Source: the human T2T-CHM13v2.0 reference genome, Homo sapiens | Length of the DNA: 64,000 nt | Reading direction: 5' to 3' | Assembly (NCBI GenBank): GCA_009914755.4 | Contig: CP068257.2 | Span: 23,232,001 to 23,296,000 of the forward strand | Part shown: piece by piece, positions 25,623 to 39,279 of the stretch | Position numbering within the stretch: the stretch's first letter is position 1 | Layout of the letters: every line of letters begins with the position of its first letter | Translations under genes and position numbers: made by a program | Notes under the pieces: generated by a model | The model's database searches: none | Told to the model about the DNA's origin: nothing | What the model saw: only the letters and a program-made list of their open reading frames with translations

Positions 25623-26840
25623 AATACTTTCTAAATAATGATTATTTACACATTCTACAGTAAATTATTCTTCTGTCTGCACATTGGTTGTTTCTAACTC
25701 TAGTGGGGAAAAGATTTTTACTGACTGATAATCAGCAAAATATAAAGTAACAAGAATACACCACCAAAATTTGAGAATACCAAGTGCTCTTTAAAACACA
25801 CTGATATATGAACTCTCATAATTTCCCCACATTATTTTTCTGAGATTGTTTCACAGGCAGAATTCTTAAGTTTCTAAGTACTGTGATTTCAGCATTTGGC
25901 ATCAGAAGAAAACAGCAGGCCTGAGAAGCTTATACTTACAATATTGAAAAAGAAAAGTGAAGAAGAAATTTTAGAAGCAGAATATGGGGAATGTAAAGCC
26001 CCTTTTTCACTGCATCATATGCAGACTATCTTAAATTTATTAATAATATATTAACAGATAAAGCCTTTATTATTTTTAGATTTCATGTTCTATCTAAATT
26101 CTTAGTGGGCTTTGCTTCTTTAGGATCCAGGTGATAATATTTGTCATGCACTCTTTCATAGCTACAAATTATGTAATATTTTCTTAGCACCCACTGAAGA
26201 CAAACTTTCTACCATTTCTCAGTGCCATTAAAGCACGTTGTACACATATGTATACCTTAAATTTTTAAAATGCCAGCAGCCCATGAAAATACAGCCCAGT
26301 TTTAGTCTGATATAATTTGGAGACTTCTTTTTGGCTATTGGACTTGACAACTATGGATAAAATCCAATTTGTCAAAATGCACATGATAAATTCTTACCAA
26401 GATAACACACTCTTTTGTAGGGTAAAAAGAAACTAATTTGTGCAATTGTATAAATTGATATTTTTAAAGGTTATCACCCAGTGACCTTATCATTAGCCTT
26501 ATTATTGCCAACTTGTCCTAAAATGTTAACTAGGACTTTGGTCTCTCTGGCAGAGCAAGAAACTCCATGCGGTAGAATCGTCGTGGTTCTTCATGGCCTG
26601 GCTAGGTGTGTGGATCTTTTCCAAAAGGAAAGCTAGGAGATAATTAATGGCTGGGTGCCATAATCTATAGTATATGAGTTATACGAATTGCCTAGAAATC
26701 CTAAATAAACCCAGGTTTTACACATTTTATAAAAAGATAAAGCTTTACAGATGTATCATGTTTTATATGTAATGTATAAGACGTTATAAACTGTACGAAT
26801 TTAATTTTTAATACAGCTTAGGTTTTGTTTCTAAACCCAG

Positions 26841-27200
26841 TGCTATAGACTGCATGGTTTCATCCCACCAAAATTCATATGTTGAAATCCTAACCTCCAA
26901 TGTGATGGTGTTAGGAGGTGCAGCCCTTGGTAAGTAATTAGGTCATGAGGGTGGAACCCTCATAAATGGGATTCGTGCCCTTATAAAAGAGATCTCAGAG
27001 AGCTCCCTCCTCTCACCATGTTAGGACACAGCAAGAAGACATCTATCTATAAACCGGGAGGGCAGCCTTCACTTGACATAGAATCTACTGGTGCCTTGCT
27101 CTCAAATTTTCCAGGCTCCAGAACTCTAAGAAATAAATGTGTGCTGTTCATGAGCTCCCCATTTTATAGCATTTTGTTATAGCAGCCCAAATGGATGAAG
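26841..27200 (+). mobile_element. MaLR/ERVL-class solo LTR (same family as 3122-3430), sense
   Basis: 'tgctatagactgcatggtttcatcccaccaaaattcatatgttgaaatcctaacctccaatgtgatggtgttaggaggtgcagcccttgg...gtcatgagggtggaaccctcataaatgggattcgtgcccttataaaagagatctcagagagctccc...ccaggctccagaactctaagaaataaatgtgtgctgttcatgagc...ttgttatagcagcccaaatggatgaagcca'. Confidence 0.55.
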
Positions 27201-27471
27201 CCACCCTCTTTTTCAAGAACACAGTAAAATCTTGCCATAGTATGATTATAGAGAGAAAGATTTCAAAAGGGAAAGCATTTTTTAAATGACTAGTGCAAAG
27301 TAGGAAATTACCATTTTGTGGCACATAGAGCTAGCTAATACTAATAATTTTTAAGCTGGCTTTCAACTGCAGCTATCCAGGTGCCACACCTGTCATACCA
27401 GAAGCTGTCATCTGCCCTAGGCATTTTCCTCTTATTATAATTTAGCAGTATAAGTAAACCAGACATTTATT

Positions 27472-27524
27472 TAGGTTGATGCAAAAGTAATTGCGTTTTT
27501 GTCATTGAAAGTAATGGCAAAAGT
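27472..27524 (+). mobile_element. MADE1 (mariner-derived MITE, Hsmar1-related) half-element
   Basis: 'ttaggttgatgcaaaagtaattgcgtttttgtcattgaaagtaatggcaaaag' matches the left half of the 80-bp MADE1 palindrome consensus (TTAGGTTGGTGCAAAAGTAATTGCGGTTTTTGCCATTAAAAGTAATGGCAAAA...). The right terminal inverted repeat is absent. Confidence 0.7.
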
Positions 27525-30234
27525 AATAGAAACATAATTTTTCTGTGTTTGTTGATAACAGAGAAAGAATTAACTAAATGTATCTTTGCACTTCTTTAGA
27601 CAATATTGCAATACAGTAATGAGGTAATGTCTATTGCTTTAGGTGGAGGCAATCTTATTCTTTAATAATTCTGAACTAATAGTTCAGAGCAGAAATTTCA
27701 GCTCAACCAACACAGCAAATAGCATCTCCCAAGACATTTATTTGCTTACTGGCACAACTGTTGGTGGTAATTATTTGGCTGATTTTCTTCCATAGAGGAG
27801 GTAATATTAGCAATGCTGCCCAGTCCTTGAATTGTTTCGAGTAAGGAAACTTTTATAATGAGGAAGTCAGTTCTATGTTGTGAATTACAAATAAGGTAAA
27901 TGAGGCCCATACTTAGTTTATGGGGTGGCAGGGTGGAGAGAAACAAAAGAAATTATTAGCTATTGACAAACAGGCAGGAAGGCTGTCCTATTGAAGACTT
28001 TGCTAACCACACAGCATGGGATAAAACTCATTTAGAGCAGTTGTGAATGGTGGAGGAACAAGTCTGGGCTTGATTTTGACATAGGGTTGATTTTACTAGT
28101 TAGCAGGAAGAAGTTAAATTAGGAGATCTACTACCAGCAACCACCAGGATCTTCTTGTCAGCCATCATAACCAGAGCAGTGTCCAAGTGAGGAGTGGATT
28201 TTGGGTCATATTTCTAGGGAGAAAAAGATAAATTAATATTATAAAGCTGTTTAGTGGGGGCAGCTGACATTTTCTAGTATTTGGTGACATAGATCTAAGA
28301 TGGTAGTTCTTGGCACTTAATAGCTAATTATTAGACCAGAAACCATGAAAAGGCTTTTCTAGTGAAGTTCCGGTGATGTTTCAGCTGGAGATCCTTGTTG
28401 TGAACCCCATCACCAGGCATTTACCTTGGCAAGGTTTGTCCAAGTTAACCCGTGAAAGGAATTCTGTTGACTCACTCTGATTGTTTGAAAAACATATAAC
28501 ATGAACCGCATAATGGTAGTACTTCCCAAATTTGTTTATATCACTATACACAGAAAATGTGACATTTATAGGCCACACTAGGGTTAACAGACAAGCCTGT
28601 CAAGGTTAAGGTGGGTGGTGGTGGTCGGGTGTGCTATGAGGCCTTGAGCCTGGCCATCCTGACTTGGCTCCTCTACCTGGTTCTAATCATACTACTTGGG
28701 CTATCTGATCTATCAAATAAATATCTCAGTACACTAATTAACACTTTATATGTACTGCAAAGAATCCAAAGCTCTTTTTCTGCAGCTGCCGTATTTTTAA
28801 GGGCCATAAGCAGAACATTTTGTAATGTAAACCTGGTTCAAATCATAGTACTTGAACATGGTATTTTGGAATTTCCGATTCAACATTTCAGGTGCTTTAG
28901 GAAACAATAGTGCTAATGAATTCAAGGTAAATGATAACTTTCTCTACCATAAGACTTGTGAAGTGTGTCCACACTTTACATTAAGAAGTATTTAAGTCAT
29001 TAAGTCGTTAAGAAGTATTCATACCTCGGGCCAAAATATTTTAGAAGAATCCTGCTGATGATCGCTGCATCAGACTTGGCATATGGGTCTGTTTTACCCA
29101 TTGTCAATATCATAAGTGCTCTTAAATTTTTTCAGGTGAACAAATGGAACCTGAATGCATTTACATGTGTGTTCCCAAGGGCAAAGTGGAAGAAAGCGAA
29201 CCCTTTTTATTTGTCTTGAGTGTCTCTCCCCAATCCCCTACCCTGTTGTTGTGGCTGACAATAAAGCATCTCCAATATTACTAATGAGACACTCTGGAGA
29301 AATTTGGGGACATATTATTCATGTTCAAATCATCCTGGTATTACCCCTTTATAGTATATGCCAGGACAAGGGTTATACAATAGAAACAGAATGAATACTC
29401 TAGTATTTTGAGCTACTATTGGGGAGCAACAAACACGACCTGAGGAGGGAGAAGAAAGACATCATGACTGTCTTCAAAGCTGCTTTCTCCTTCCCTTTTC
29501 TTTCCTTTTATTTGCTTGTAATTTAATTAGTGAAGGCCAGTATCTGAAAGAGCTGCCAAGAAAGACTGCTCTGTTGATAAAGTAGAAAGAGAAAGCAATT
29601 TAAGAGTGAGAAATAACCACAGCCTTGGCTGTGTTATTGGACAGAAAACCATCTTTTTTTTAATAGCCTAAGTAGAAAGAAACCATTAACAGTTTAGCTT
29701 CTCCAGGAGTAAGAAACCCTCATTATTTTAATAATTTTTCTCAGCCAAGAAGCACCCAAAGGCATTATGAAAGGGGTGATAACTGATGCTTTTTAATATG
29801 TAAGTGAACATTCTGTAGGAGAGCTGCCAATTCTGGCACCTGGGCAGAACACAGAGGCAAGGAGGAAATTTCACCACCTCACAGAGCACAAAGTGCAGAA
29901 TGGAAACCAATTTTATTTACTCTCTGACCTACTAGTCTGTTTCCTTTTTTATCTACCATGTATAGGTTTCACTTACTACCTTTTAAATACATTGACTTAG
30001 TTTATATCTATGTAGTCATACAGGTTATATTTAAATGACATTATTCACAGATCTAAAACCGTTCCTGGTAACAGGCATATCAAAAGGCAAGCATATCACA
30101 CAGCGTCATAACTAGACCTAATAATATGTTGCATAATTGAAATTTTCTGGGAGAGATTTCAAGTGTTCTCACCACACAAACTGGTTACTAGGTAAAGTGA
30201 TGGATATGTTAGCTTGTTTGTGGTACTCATTTCA

Positions 30235-30330
30235 CAAGGTATATGTGTATCAAAACACCACATTATATACTTTAAATATATACAATTTTTATTTGTCAAT
30301 CATACCTCAGTAAAGCTGCAGGCAGGGGGT
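30235..30330 (+). mobile_element. Old L1 (L1M) extreme 3'-tail fragment, sense
   Basis: 'atatgtgtatcaaaacaccacattatatactttaaatatatacaatttttatttgtcaatcatacctcagtaaagctg' matches the L1M 3'-terminal consensus '...tcaaatcatcacgttgtacaccttaaatatatacaatttttatttgtcaattatacctcaataaagctg'. Confidence 0.6.
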
Positions 30331-31235
30331 GTGGGCAGGGGATCCAAGCATATCAAAAGTTTGTAACATGTTCATCTAGGCTACTGTTTTCAGTGTCATA
30401 AAAAATTGCAAAATAATACAGATACATAGATAAATTAGTAGGTATTGTAATTTTTTTCTTTTTTTTTCTTTGCAACTATTCTTTTCTCAGAAGGCTTTTT
30501 ATACATAGCTATTATTAATACTTCAGATGTTAATAAATAACTTATTGTGTCTGCTCAGATTTCTTAAATGTATTATTATTACCTAATATTTAATATTTAT
30601 GTATCACTTAACATTTAATTATTGATAATATATTATTAAATATGAATGTTTAATATTTAATTTATTATTATTTAAAAGTTAACTTATTATATTATATATA
30701 TCTCTCTCTCATTTAATGTTGGTAATACATTTCTAAAAACAGACATTCTGCTTGAGAATGTAAATAGAGAGGCTATTTTCCATTATTTTAAGAGGGAAAT
30801 AATTACAATTTACTTACAACGCTTGTCAATTTCTCAAAATGTAACAAATATACAGAAAAAATGTTTTAATATAAGTAACAAATAGTCTTGCCAAGGTGTA
30901 AAATGCCTAAAGCACCACTTCTGCTTTCTGATCACCAAAAATTAACGTAGTTGTTACCTACCAGATAAAGCAACGCAGCAATATATGCTCAAAACCAGTA
31001 GCACTTTCAATGTACCACTTCTTTGCTGACTTTTAGGGAGCTTTTCAAACCATTTACATGTGATTCTGATATTCCTCCAGTTGTATTGGAAGTAAAACCT
31101 ATAGACTTTTCCCCTTGGGGACTTTTACGTTCTGAGATATTAATATCATTTTTCCTACATGGTCATTAACTGAAACTCTAATTAAGAGTTAGATGTATAC
31201 CATTCAGTTTGTATCTTAAAAACTGAGGGGCATTC

Positions 31236-31412
31236 TGGCCGGGCGCAGTGGCTCACGCCTGTAATCCTAGCACTTTGGGAGGCCGAGGCTGGCGGATTGC
31301 CTGAGCTCAGGAGTTCGAGACCTGCCTGGGCAACCTGGTGAAACCCCGTCTCTACTAAAATACAAAAAAAAAAAAAAAAAAATTAGCCGGGTGTAGCGGT
31401 GTGTGCTTGTGG
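31236..31412 (+). mobile_element. Alu SINE, 3'-truncated (left monomer, A-rich linker, start of right monomer)
   Basis: 'ggccgggcgcagtggctcacgcctgtaatcctagcactttgggaggccgaggctggcggattgcctgagctcaggagttcgagacctgcctgggcaacctggtgaaaccccgtctctactaaaatacaaaaaaaaaaaaaaaaaaattagccgggtgtagcggtgtgtgc'. Confidence 0.85.
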
Positions 31413-32583
31413 GTATCATCCAATCCTTTGAGGGCAAGCATAGAACAAAAAGGCCAAGAAAGTGCAAATTTGCTCGTTTGAGCTGGGACATCCATGCTCT
31501 CCTGTGCTTAGACATCAGTGCTCCTGCTTCTCAGGCCCTCAGACTGAGCTAGGGACTTTTACAGCATTTGATCCCCTGCTTCTCAGGCCCTTGGGTTTGA
31601 ACTGAAATTACACTGCTGGCTTTTCTGGGCCTCTACCTCTAGAGAACACATGTTGAAACTTCTCAGGTTCCATAATTGCCTGAGCAAATCCCTCAAAAAA
31701 GTCACTTCCTATATGTCTTTCTATGTGTCTTATTAGTTTGTTTTTTTGGGGGAAACATGACTAAAACACCTACTTTGATATTTTCCACTGGAAACTAAGT
31801 TAATAAAAAAGCTTTGGGGCATTTTGTTTGCATCCAATTCTCATTCTATTTCTCTGCTCACCTTCCATCATCCTTTCTATGTTTCAATCTTTGATGCCAA
31901 GAAATACATCTTCCTCTTTGTGTTATCCGTGAAAGTAAAACATTCTCTAAATTTTGATTTTTGAAGCAGCAGAAAATAAAAACAGATGAGGTAGATACGT
32001 TCAGACTCCATTCATCTTGGAAGAACCTATGTCTTCTGAAAAGAAGCTGTTTTTTGGTTATTTTTAATTAAATTTTTAAATTTATTAACAAAGTGCCCTA
32101 GGCTCTATGTTGAAAGAGCAAGGCTTCATATGAGGATATGACTCTCTATACAATTCCACTGTTTTTAAACTTGTTCAATACCTGTAAATCAAGTGTAAGT
32201 TGCACACACAGGATGCCTTATGTTGGCATGAGCTTGCCATTGGTAGGTCTGCATTTTCACCATCCTCTTTGTTCATTCTCGCTTTCTACAGCAGAGGTGA
32301 TTCTACATAGAACAATGTGTGTGTATGTGTGGGGCAAGTTGTGAAGGGAGGTTGGGGAACATAACAGAATCATGAGTCTTTCCATTGCTGAACAACCAGC
32401 ATATCAGTGAAAGAGGAGTGGCCTAGAGTTTGAAAAAATTCAGAATAGAAAAGGGGTGACTGAAAGGAAAGGGATATTTAGTATCAAGGAAGAGTCCTAA
32501 AACAGGCATTAGGACATCTGAGTTCAAGTCCAACTTCAATATTTATTAGCTGTGTGATTGTTAAAAGATAACTAAATTAGTTA

Positions 32584-32868
<285 letters not shown>

Positions 32869-33737
32869 TTATTTTTCTATTTTATTGCCTCTATCTTTCT
32901 ACTCCTAAAGTACACCCACAGATACAATTTTAGTCACTCACAGATGTCCGCAATTGACTCTTTTCCTGTTATTCTCTGTAATTCTCAGGTAGGTTTTCTA
33001 CACAAGGTATCAAAAATGGTCCATAGCTTTCTTAGGTTTGCATGATTTATGCCATTCACAAGATCATAAGAACAGAGTGCTTCTCTCTTCCCGAATGCAC
33101 ATCCAATCCTGAAAAAGAACTCTGACTCCACTTGAGCCATCCATGCATCTCTGGATGAATTAACATGTGAAAGGTCACAGGGTACACGAATTGGACAACT
33201 TGGACATGAGAATCTATTCCTGTACAGATGGGGAGTCAGGAGATGACAAGGAGGATTTCTAGAAAAGAAAAATTCTGGATAGACACAAATGAAAATAACA
33301 GATTTTCATCAAATTCCATGTTCAGGGCAGTTTATCCATGCCGATTACCCTGAAAGATATATTGGGAAGTCAGCACTGAATTCTCATCTTTCTTTCCTCC
33401 TTCCCAGATCAATACAAAAAAGAATTACATTCATCTAAATGTCTTTCTCAGATGGCTTGAATCATTGGAATGTTATATGTCATAGGAGATTACAGTTCCT
33501 ACAATAAAGCAGTGCATTGACAGGGAAAAATTAAATATATATGCAAGCTTTCCCAAGATTTCTAGTTATATTCATGTAAATTTGGGTCATCTCAATTCAG
33601 GGTGAGTGATTTTGTCATGCTTTCACCACAGTAAGAAATTCAGTAGTAGATTTTCTTTAATACCTTTGCCATTATGTCTTCGAGCACATGGGAAGAGGTT
33701 TTAAGACATGCGTTAGATTTTTGTATAAGGAGTTCAT

Positions 33738-34063
33738 GTCCTTTGTAGGGACATGGATGAAATTGGAAATCATCATTGTCAGTAAACTATCGCAAGAACA
33801 AAAAACCAAACACCGCATATTCTCACTCATAGGTGGGAATTGAACAATGAGATCACATGGACACAGAAAGGGGAATATCACACTCTGGGCACTGTTGTGG
33901 GGTGGGGGGAGGGGGGAGGGATAGCATCGGGAGATATACCTAATGCTAGATGACGAGTTAGTGGGTGCAGCGCACCACCATGGCACATGTATACATATGT
34001 AACTAACCTGCACAATGTGCACATGTACCCTAAAACTTAAAGTATATATAAAAAAAAAAAAAG
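33738..34063 (+). mobile_element. Young L1PA 3'-terminal fragment, about 325 bp, sense, with poly-A
   Basis: 'gagttcatgtcctttgtagggacatggatgaaattggaaatcatcattgtcagtaaactatcgcaagaacaaaaaaccaaacaccgcatattctcactcataggtgggaattgaacaatgagatcacatggacacagaaaggggaatatcacactctgggcactgttgtggggtgggggaggggggagggatagcatcgggagatatacctaatgctagatgacgagttagtgggtgcagcgcaccaccatggcacatgtatacatatgtaactaacctgcacaatgtgcacatgtaccctaaaacttaaagtatatataaaaaaaaaaaaa' is very close to the L1HS/L1PA2-4 3' end. Confidence 0.88.
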
Positions 34064-34402
34064 TCATGCATTAGAGAAAAAAGAAAGCTGTTTCTGTTGT
34101 CAAAAGTAAATCTCTTATTATTATAATTTGTTGGTACTGTTGAATTGTGGCAAGAAAACAAATAGCACAGAAAATAGTAATACCTTATAGCATGGAAAAT
34201 ATTTCCTTTTTAAAAATTAGTATACTTATACTGTGATGAAATTGTTTTCCATCTCTACATGGAACCACATATGTAAAGTTAGGCAATCAAATATTAAGTA
34301 AAACTTTTTCATTAATATTTTATTAGGAGGTGCATGAAGCAAGGTTAAGAAGATGGGGGATGAAGAATGATGAATGGTAACATGCTAAATTCTGTTAAAA
34401 AT

Positions 34403-34736
<334 letters not shown>

Positions 34737-35629
34737 TCAGATATAATAGGTGGTCACATGAAAATTACCTTCATAAGAAAAAGGAAATTAAAGAGGAACT
34801 CAAATTTTTAGTGTCTGGGAAGTAACCTGAGGTGAAAAGAGGATAGTGAGAGGTCAAATATAGGTTATGGAACCATGCAATTTCAGAAGGGGCTTGATTC
34901 ATAGTGTCTATGTCATAAGGATCTAATTATTCAATGTAGGGGACTAATCTACAAAACTTCACATAAAGCAATAATTCCCAATGCAGATTTAGTGGCTGTT
35001 TATTTATGTCTGTGTTGAGATTCTGAACTTCTATCACAGTTTGTCTTACTCTGCAGCTTTTTTGGTAACCAGGCTTCTTTGTCTTAACTCTGATTTTGTA
35101 ATTTGACTTAATTTTCCTATAGGATCCCATCAGCATTTAACTTACCAGTTTTCCCTTGGTTTTCAACTTCAATAAGATTCATCTTTAAAAAAGTAATTTC
35201 TTTCAGTCTGGAACATTAGCATAGGATAAAGAAAAAAACTGAAAATGTCTTATGTCCTCAAAATCATAACATGTGGTAATTTTAATGATGTTAAATATAT
35301 ATTATCATACATTGGAAGGGCTTTAATTCATGAAAATTGGCAGGTTGACCACAATTATGTAGTTAAATTCTATTTAAAATAAAAGGGTCATATATGATAC
35401 CTCAACCACTTTTATCAGTTCCCTACTCTGTTCTCCTTTCCCCACTCAGTTCACCAAGCAAAGGTAATCTGAAGCAATAAAGCAACACTACAGTCATCCT
35501 ACATACTCCAAAGTATGTTTGGGCAGCATGGGATTCAAAGGAAGAGGCCATCAGTCACTAAGCATGAACAGTAGATATCAGGGCCATTGCCATAGCTTTA
35601 TCAAAAATGCAGTCTACCCCAGGCCTTTT

Positions 35630-35900
35630 AAAATTTTTGTTACATTGCATTAATACACATTTATGCGGTACATATGAAATTTTGTTACATGCAGAGAATG
35701 CGTAATGATCAGTTGAGGATATTTAGGGTACTCATTGATTTATCATTTCCATGTGTTGAGTATACTTCAGGTCCTATCTTCTGGCTAATTTTAAAGTACA
35801 ATATGTTGTGGTTAACTATAGTCACCTGCCCTTCTATCAGATGAGAACTTATTCCTTCTATCTAACTGTATGTTTGTACTTATTAATCCCCCCAATTTTT
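35630..35900 (-). mobile_element. Older L1 (L1P/L1MA-like) 3'-end fragment, antisense
   Basis: 'tttgttacatgcagagaatgcgtaatgatcagttgaggatatttagggtactcattgatttatcatttccatgtgttgagtatacttcaggtcctatcttctggctaattttaaagtacaatatgttgtggttaactatagtcacctgcccttctatcagatgagaacttattccttctatctaactgtatgtttgtacttattaatcccccc'. Confidence 0.55.
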
Positions 35901-38394
35901 ATGTCTGTGTTCTCACAAGGACTATTCCTAAAGGAGGGCCTAATTGCTAAGGTTTAGACAATGGGAGTTTCTTTTGGAAATCTGTCTTTGAAAGAGGAAA
36001 TGCTTCTGGGAAGGAAAGGGTAGTTGGAGATTGGAGTGGTTACTTTTACATGTCCACTTGGCTTGGCTATAGCACCCTTTATTCAATCAAACGCTGATCT
36101 AGGTGTTGCTGTGAAGGTAGTTTGCAGATGTGTGTAACATCTACAATCAGTTGACTTTAAGTAAAGGAGATTATCCTCTGTACTGTGAGTGGGCCTTATC
36201 TAATCAATTGAAGCCCTCAAGAACAAATGGAATTTTCCATGAGGAAGAAGAAATTCCAGCCTTAAAGCCTGTCTGAGAGTTTCCAGCCTGCCAGCCTACC
36301 CTGCAGATTTCAGACATTCCTATCCAGATCCCATGATCATGTAAGCCAAGGTCAAGTCCTTGAAATATACCTTTTTACACACCTGCCCTCCCCACCACAC
36401 ACACACATAGGATATACCTATATACCTTCTATTGGCTCAGTGTTGGTCTGGTGGATACAGAAATCCTATTAATTATTCATTTTATTCCTCTTATATCATA
36501 CCGACCTCAGCCTGACAACATACCAGATTTCTCCCTTGTTCTAAGCTTTGGAGGGATAGATGAAATTCCTGATACATCACGTATGTCCTGATATGCTTGA
36601 TAGACCTTAAGTATTTATATTTAACAAAATGAAACCATGATCATTTTGAAGCAAAAGATATCTAAAGCTGGAATGAGAAACTTAAATGATTTCTTTATGA
36701 ATATGAGATAATTTACTTGGATGTCATTCTTAGAGTAGCTTAATTTTAAGGATATTTTTTCTTCTCTAACTATACTAAATCAACAGTGGAAAAATCCCTA
36801 AACTCTGGAGGTGTTTTTATCTTACCAGTCTATCTAAGACACACTCAATCATAGTCGCTATTGAATTTGGCATTTCAATTCTTCACTGTCACTTCTCATT
36901 AATTATTGGTTCTAATACTGTCTTTGATGACTTCTTCCTTGTCATTTTACTTCATGAACTCATTATTTCTAATTGCTATTTTATGCCACTTTTTGGTTCA
37001 TCAGTTTTTAATGTTCCACTTAATTGGCTCCGTTGTTTAAATGATGTGAGGAAAAATGGGGTTAAATTTATCATTTATCTGATACATTCTGGTATGAGAG
37101 AGCTTAATTTGGTTGTTCCATTTTCTAGATAGAAAAAGTAAGGAAATATTTTCTGCATTCTATTCAGATTGTTATTGCTGAAGTCATCTTATACTATGAC
37201 CTTTTAAAATATTTTCAAAGGCTTTAGAAAAAAATTATAGGTACACTGACATTTGCTTATTGTGAAATGTTATATCATGTTCCTTTTTATGTTGTAATTT
37301 GTAGTATTCCACACGACAGATTTCTCTGTTAATCGTACATCAGGTCTCACACTCTTATAATTTAGCCAAGAATTAAAAAAAGACAAGTCAAAGAATTGGT
37401 TTTAACATGCCAAAATATGTCAGGGATATATCTGTGGATTTAAAGTTAAAGAAAAATTACTAGAAAAAATTGATAAATATTAAAGAAGTATTTAATGTTT
37501 ATAATAGTGCAATTTTTTACATAAAAAACAAAGTTTGTAAAATGTAAGCAGGGATATTTTATTGTTGATGTTAACTTAATGAAAATAAAAGTATGCATTT
37601 TATAAGACAAAGAATCTAAATCATAGTAAATCTAAAAATTCATTGATTTAAATACCATAATATTCTTAATTTATGAAACCCTCCTTCTAACAGATGGAAT
37701 TTAAATGTATGACTTGGCCATCTATCTTTGACTCTAAATGTATTTATATGAGTCCCACATGTTAAATTTATTCCTGGAGATTATCATGACCAATAGAAGA
37801 CTTTTACGTATGTGTCACAATAAGCATGAAATAATGTGATCTCTTTCTCCTTTATTATATACCTTTGCAGCCACCAGACTGCAGTATGTGACTTAATCCC
37901 ACAGAGATATTTTACACTGAAAGTTTGTCTTAAGTTGTCTTGCAAATCTTTTTGAACTCTATGCAAAATGGTTATTCTAATTCTCAGAGTACAGCCACAA
38001 GCTAGGTAGGTGTAGATCGTGACATATGGGCAAAAATATGGTGGGTGTCACTGGAACCACACTGGATAAAAGGAAATTTATCATCGCAAGTATCTTAAGA
38101 ATGAAAAATTTTGAGGCAGTATTTTATTATTTGCAATGAGTTTATATTAGTGAACTGACATATAAAATAAAATTTTATACAGCATATAATTGATTAAAAT
38201 CACACATACTTGGAAATTAAGCCCATGGGAAAGTTTTTGCAAAAACAAATTTTATGAGAATTTTTGACGTTGGTAAAATATTTATAACAAAAGTTAATAT
38301 TTATGGGGCTCTCTCAGAATTTTCAGTCTAAATGTAATAGGAAAACAAATTCCAATATATATCCAAGAATCGTAGAGAGCATGGCGACAATATC

Positions 38395-38622
38395 AGCACG
38401 GATTTCCAGTTAAAAATAAAGAGAATAATGACTTCCAGCTCCATCCATGTCCCTGCAAAGGACATGATTTCGTTCCTTTTTATGTCTGTATAGTATTCCA
38501 TGATGTACATGTACCATATTTTCTTTATCCAGTCTATCATTGATGGCATTTGGGTTGATTCTATGCCTTTGCTATTGTGAATAGTGTGCAATGAACATAT
38601 GCATGCATAGATCTTTATAATA
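38395..38622 (-). mobile_element. L1 segment, inverted 5' piece of a twin-priming-type L1 insertion
   Basis: 'gagaataatgacttccagctccatccatgtccctgcaaaggacatgatttcgttcctttttatgtctgtatagtattccatgatgtacatgtaccatattttctttatccagtctatcattgatggcatttgggttgattctatgcctttgctattgtgaatagtgtgcaatgaacatatgcatgcatagatctttataatagaa' is antisense L1. Minus ORF 38328..38591 reads 'MIDWIKKIWYMYIMEYYTDIKRNEIMSFAGTWMELEVIIL', the L1 ORF2 C-terminus. Confidence 0.85.
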
Positions 38623-38935
38623 GAATCAGCAAACTAACGCAGGAACAGAAAACCAAACACCACATGTTCTTACTTATAAGTGGAAGCTAAACAATGGGAA
38701 CACATGGACACATGGTGGGGTAAACAACACACACTGGGGCCTGTCAGGGGCAGTGGGAGGGAGAGCATCAGGAAGAATAGTTAATGCAGGCTGGGGTTAA
38801 TACCTAGGTGATGGGTTGATCTGTGCAGCAAAGCACTATGGCACACATTTACCTATGTAACAAACCTGCACATCCTGCACATGCACCCCTGAACTTAAAA
38901 TAAAAGTTGATGAAAAAAATGAAAGAAATAAAATA
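38623..38935 (+). mobile_element. L1 segment, direct 3' piece of the same insertion, ending in an A-rich tail
   Basis: 'agcaaactaacgcaggaacagaaaaccaaacaccacatgttcttacttataagtggaagctaaacaatgggaacacatggacacatgg...cacatttacctatgtaacaaacctgcacatcctgcacatgcacccctgaacttaaaataaaagttgatgaaaaaaat'. In L1 coordinates this begins immediately after the last base of the inverted piece ('...ggagctggaagtcattattctc|agcaaactaacgcagg'). Confidence 0.85.
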
Positions 38936-39170
38936 CAAATGAAATGTGAAAGATGGAACTGTTGCTTTGCACATCCAATTGGCTGAAAATAGCTAATACT
39001 AGTTGCTCTGATGCCCTTTTAATTCTGCATGTAGAGCTATAACTTCATTTCATGGTTAGAGATTAGTAAACATAAAACCTCACTTCCTAAATCTCTGATT
39101 TACATCTACTGATGTAATAGTTGATATTCTAAAGTCAGAAATCTTCCCATACTCTCTATCTCTACTATGT

Positions 39171-39255
39171 GTTTTGCGAGTCCCCTTTTTAAAGAATCTT
39201 GTTCCTCTTAATGAATTCAGAAAAGAAAGACCATTTAATACACATGGCAGCATTA
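39171..39255 (+). repeat. Copy A of an 85-bp direct repeat; copy B is at 45702-45786
   Basis: 'gttttgcgagtcccctttttaaagaatcttgttcctcttaatgaattcagaaaagaaagaccatttaatacacatggca' versus 45702 'gttttgcaagtcccctctttaaagaatattgttcctcttaatgaatcctgaaaagaaagaccatttaatacacatgaca', about 90% identical. Confidence 0.8.
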
Positions 39256-39279
39256 TTTGTCAACATTATGTTACAAAAA

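Noticed and set aside
33672-34067. 131-aa minus-strand ORF
   Set aside because: Antisense read-through of the L1 3'UTR/ORF2 end at 33738-34063. No independent coding evidence.
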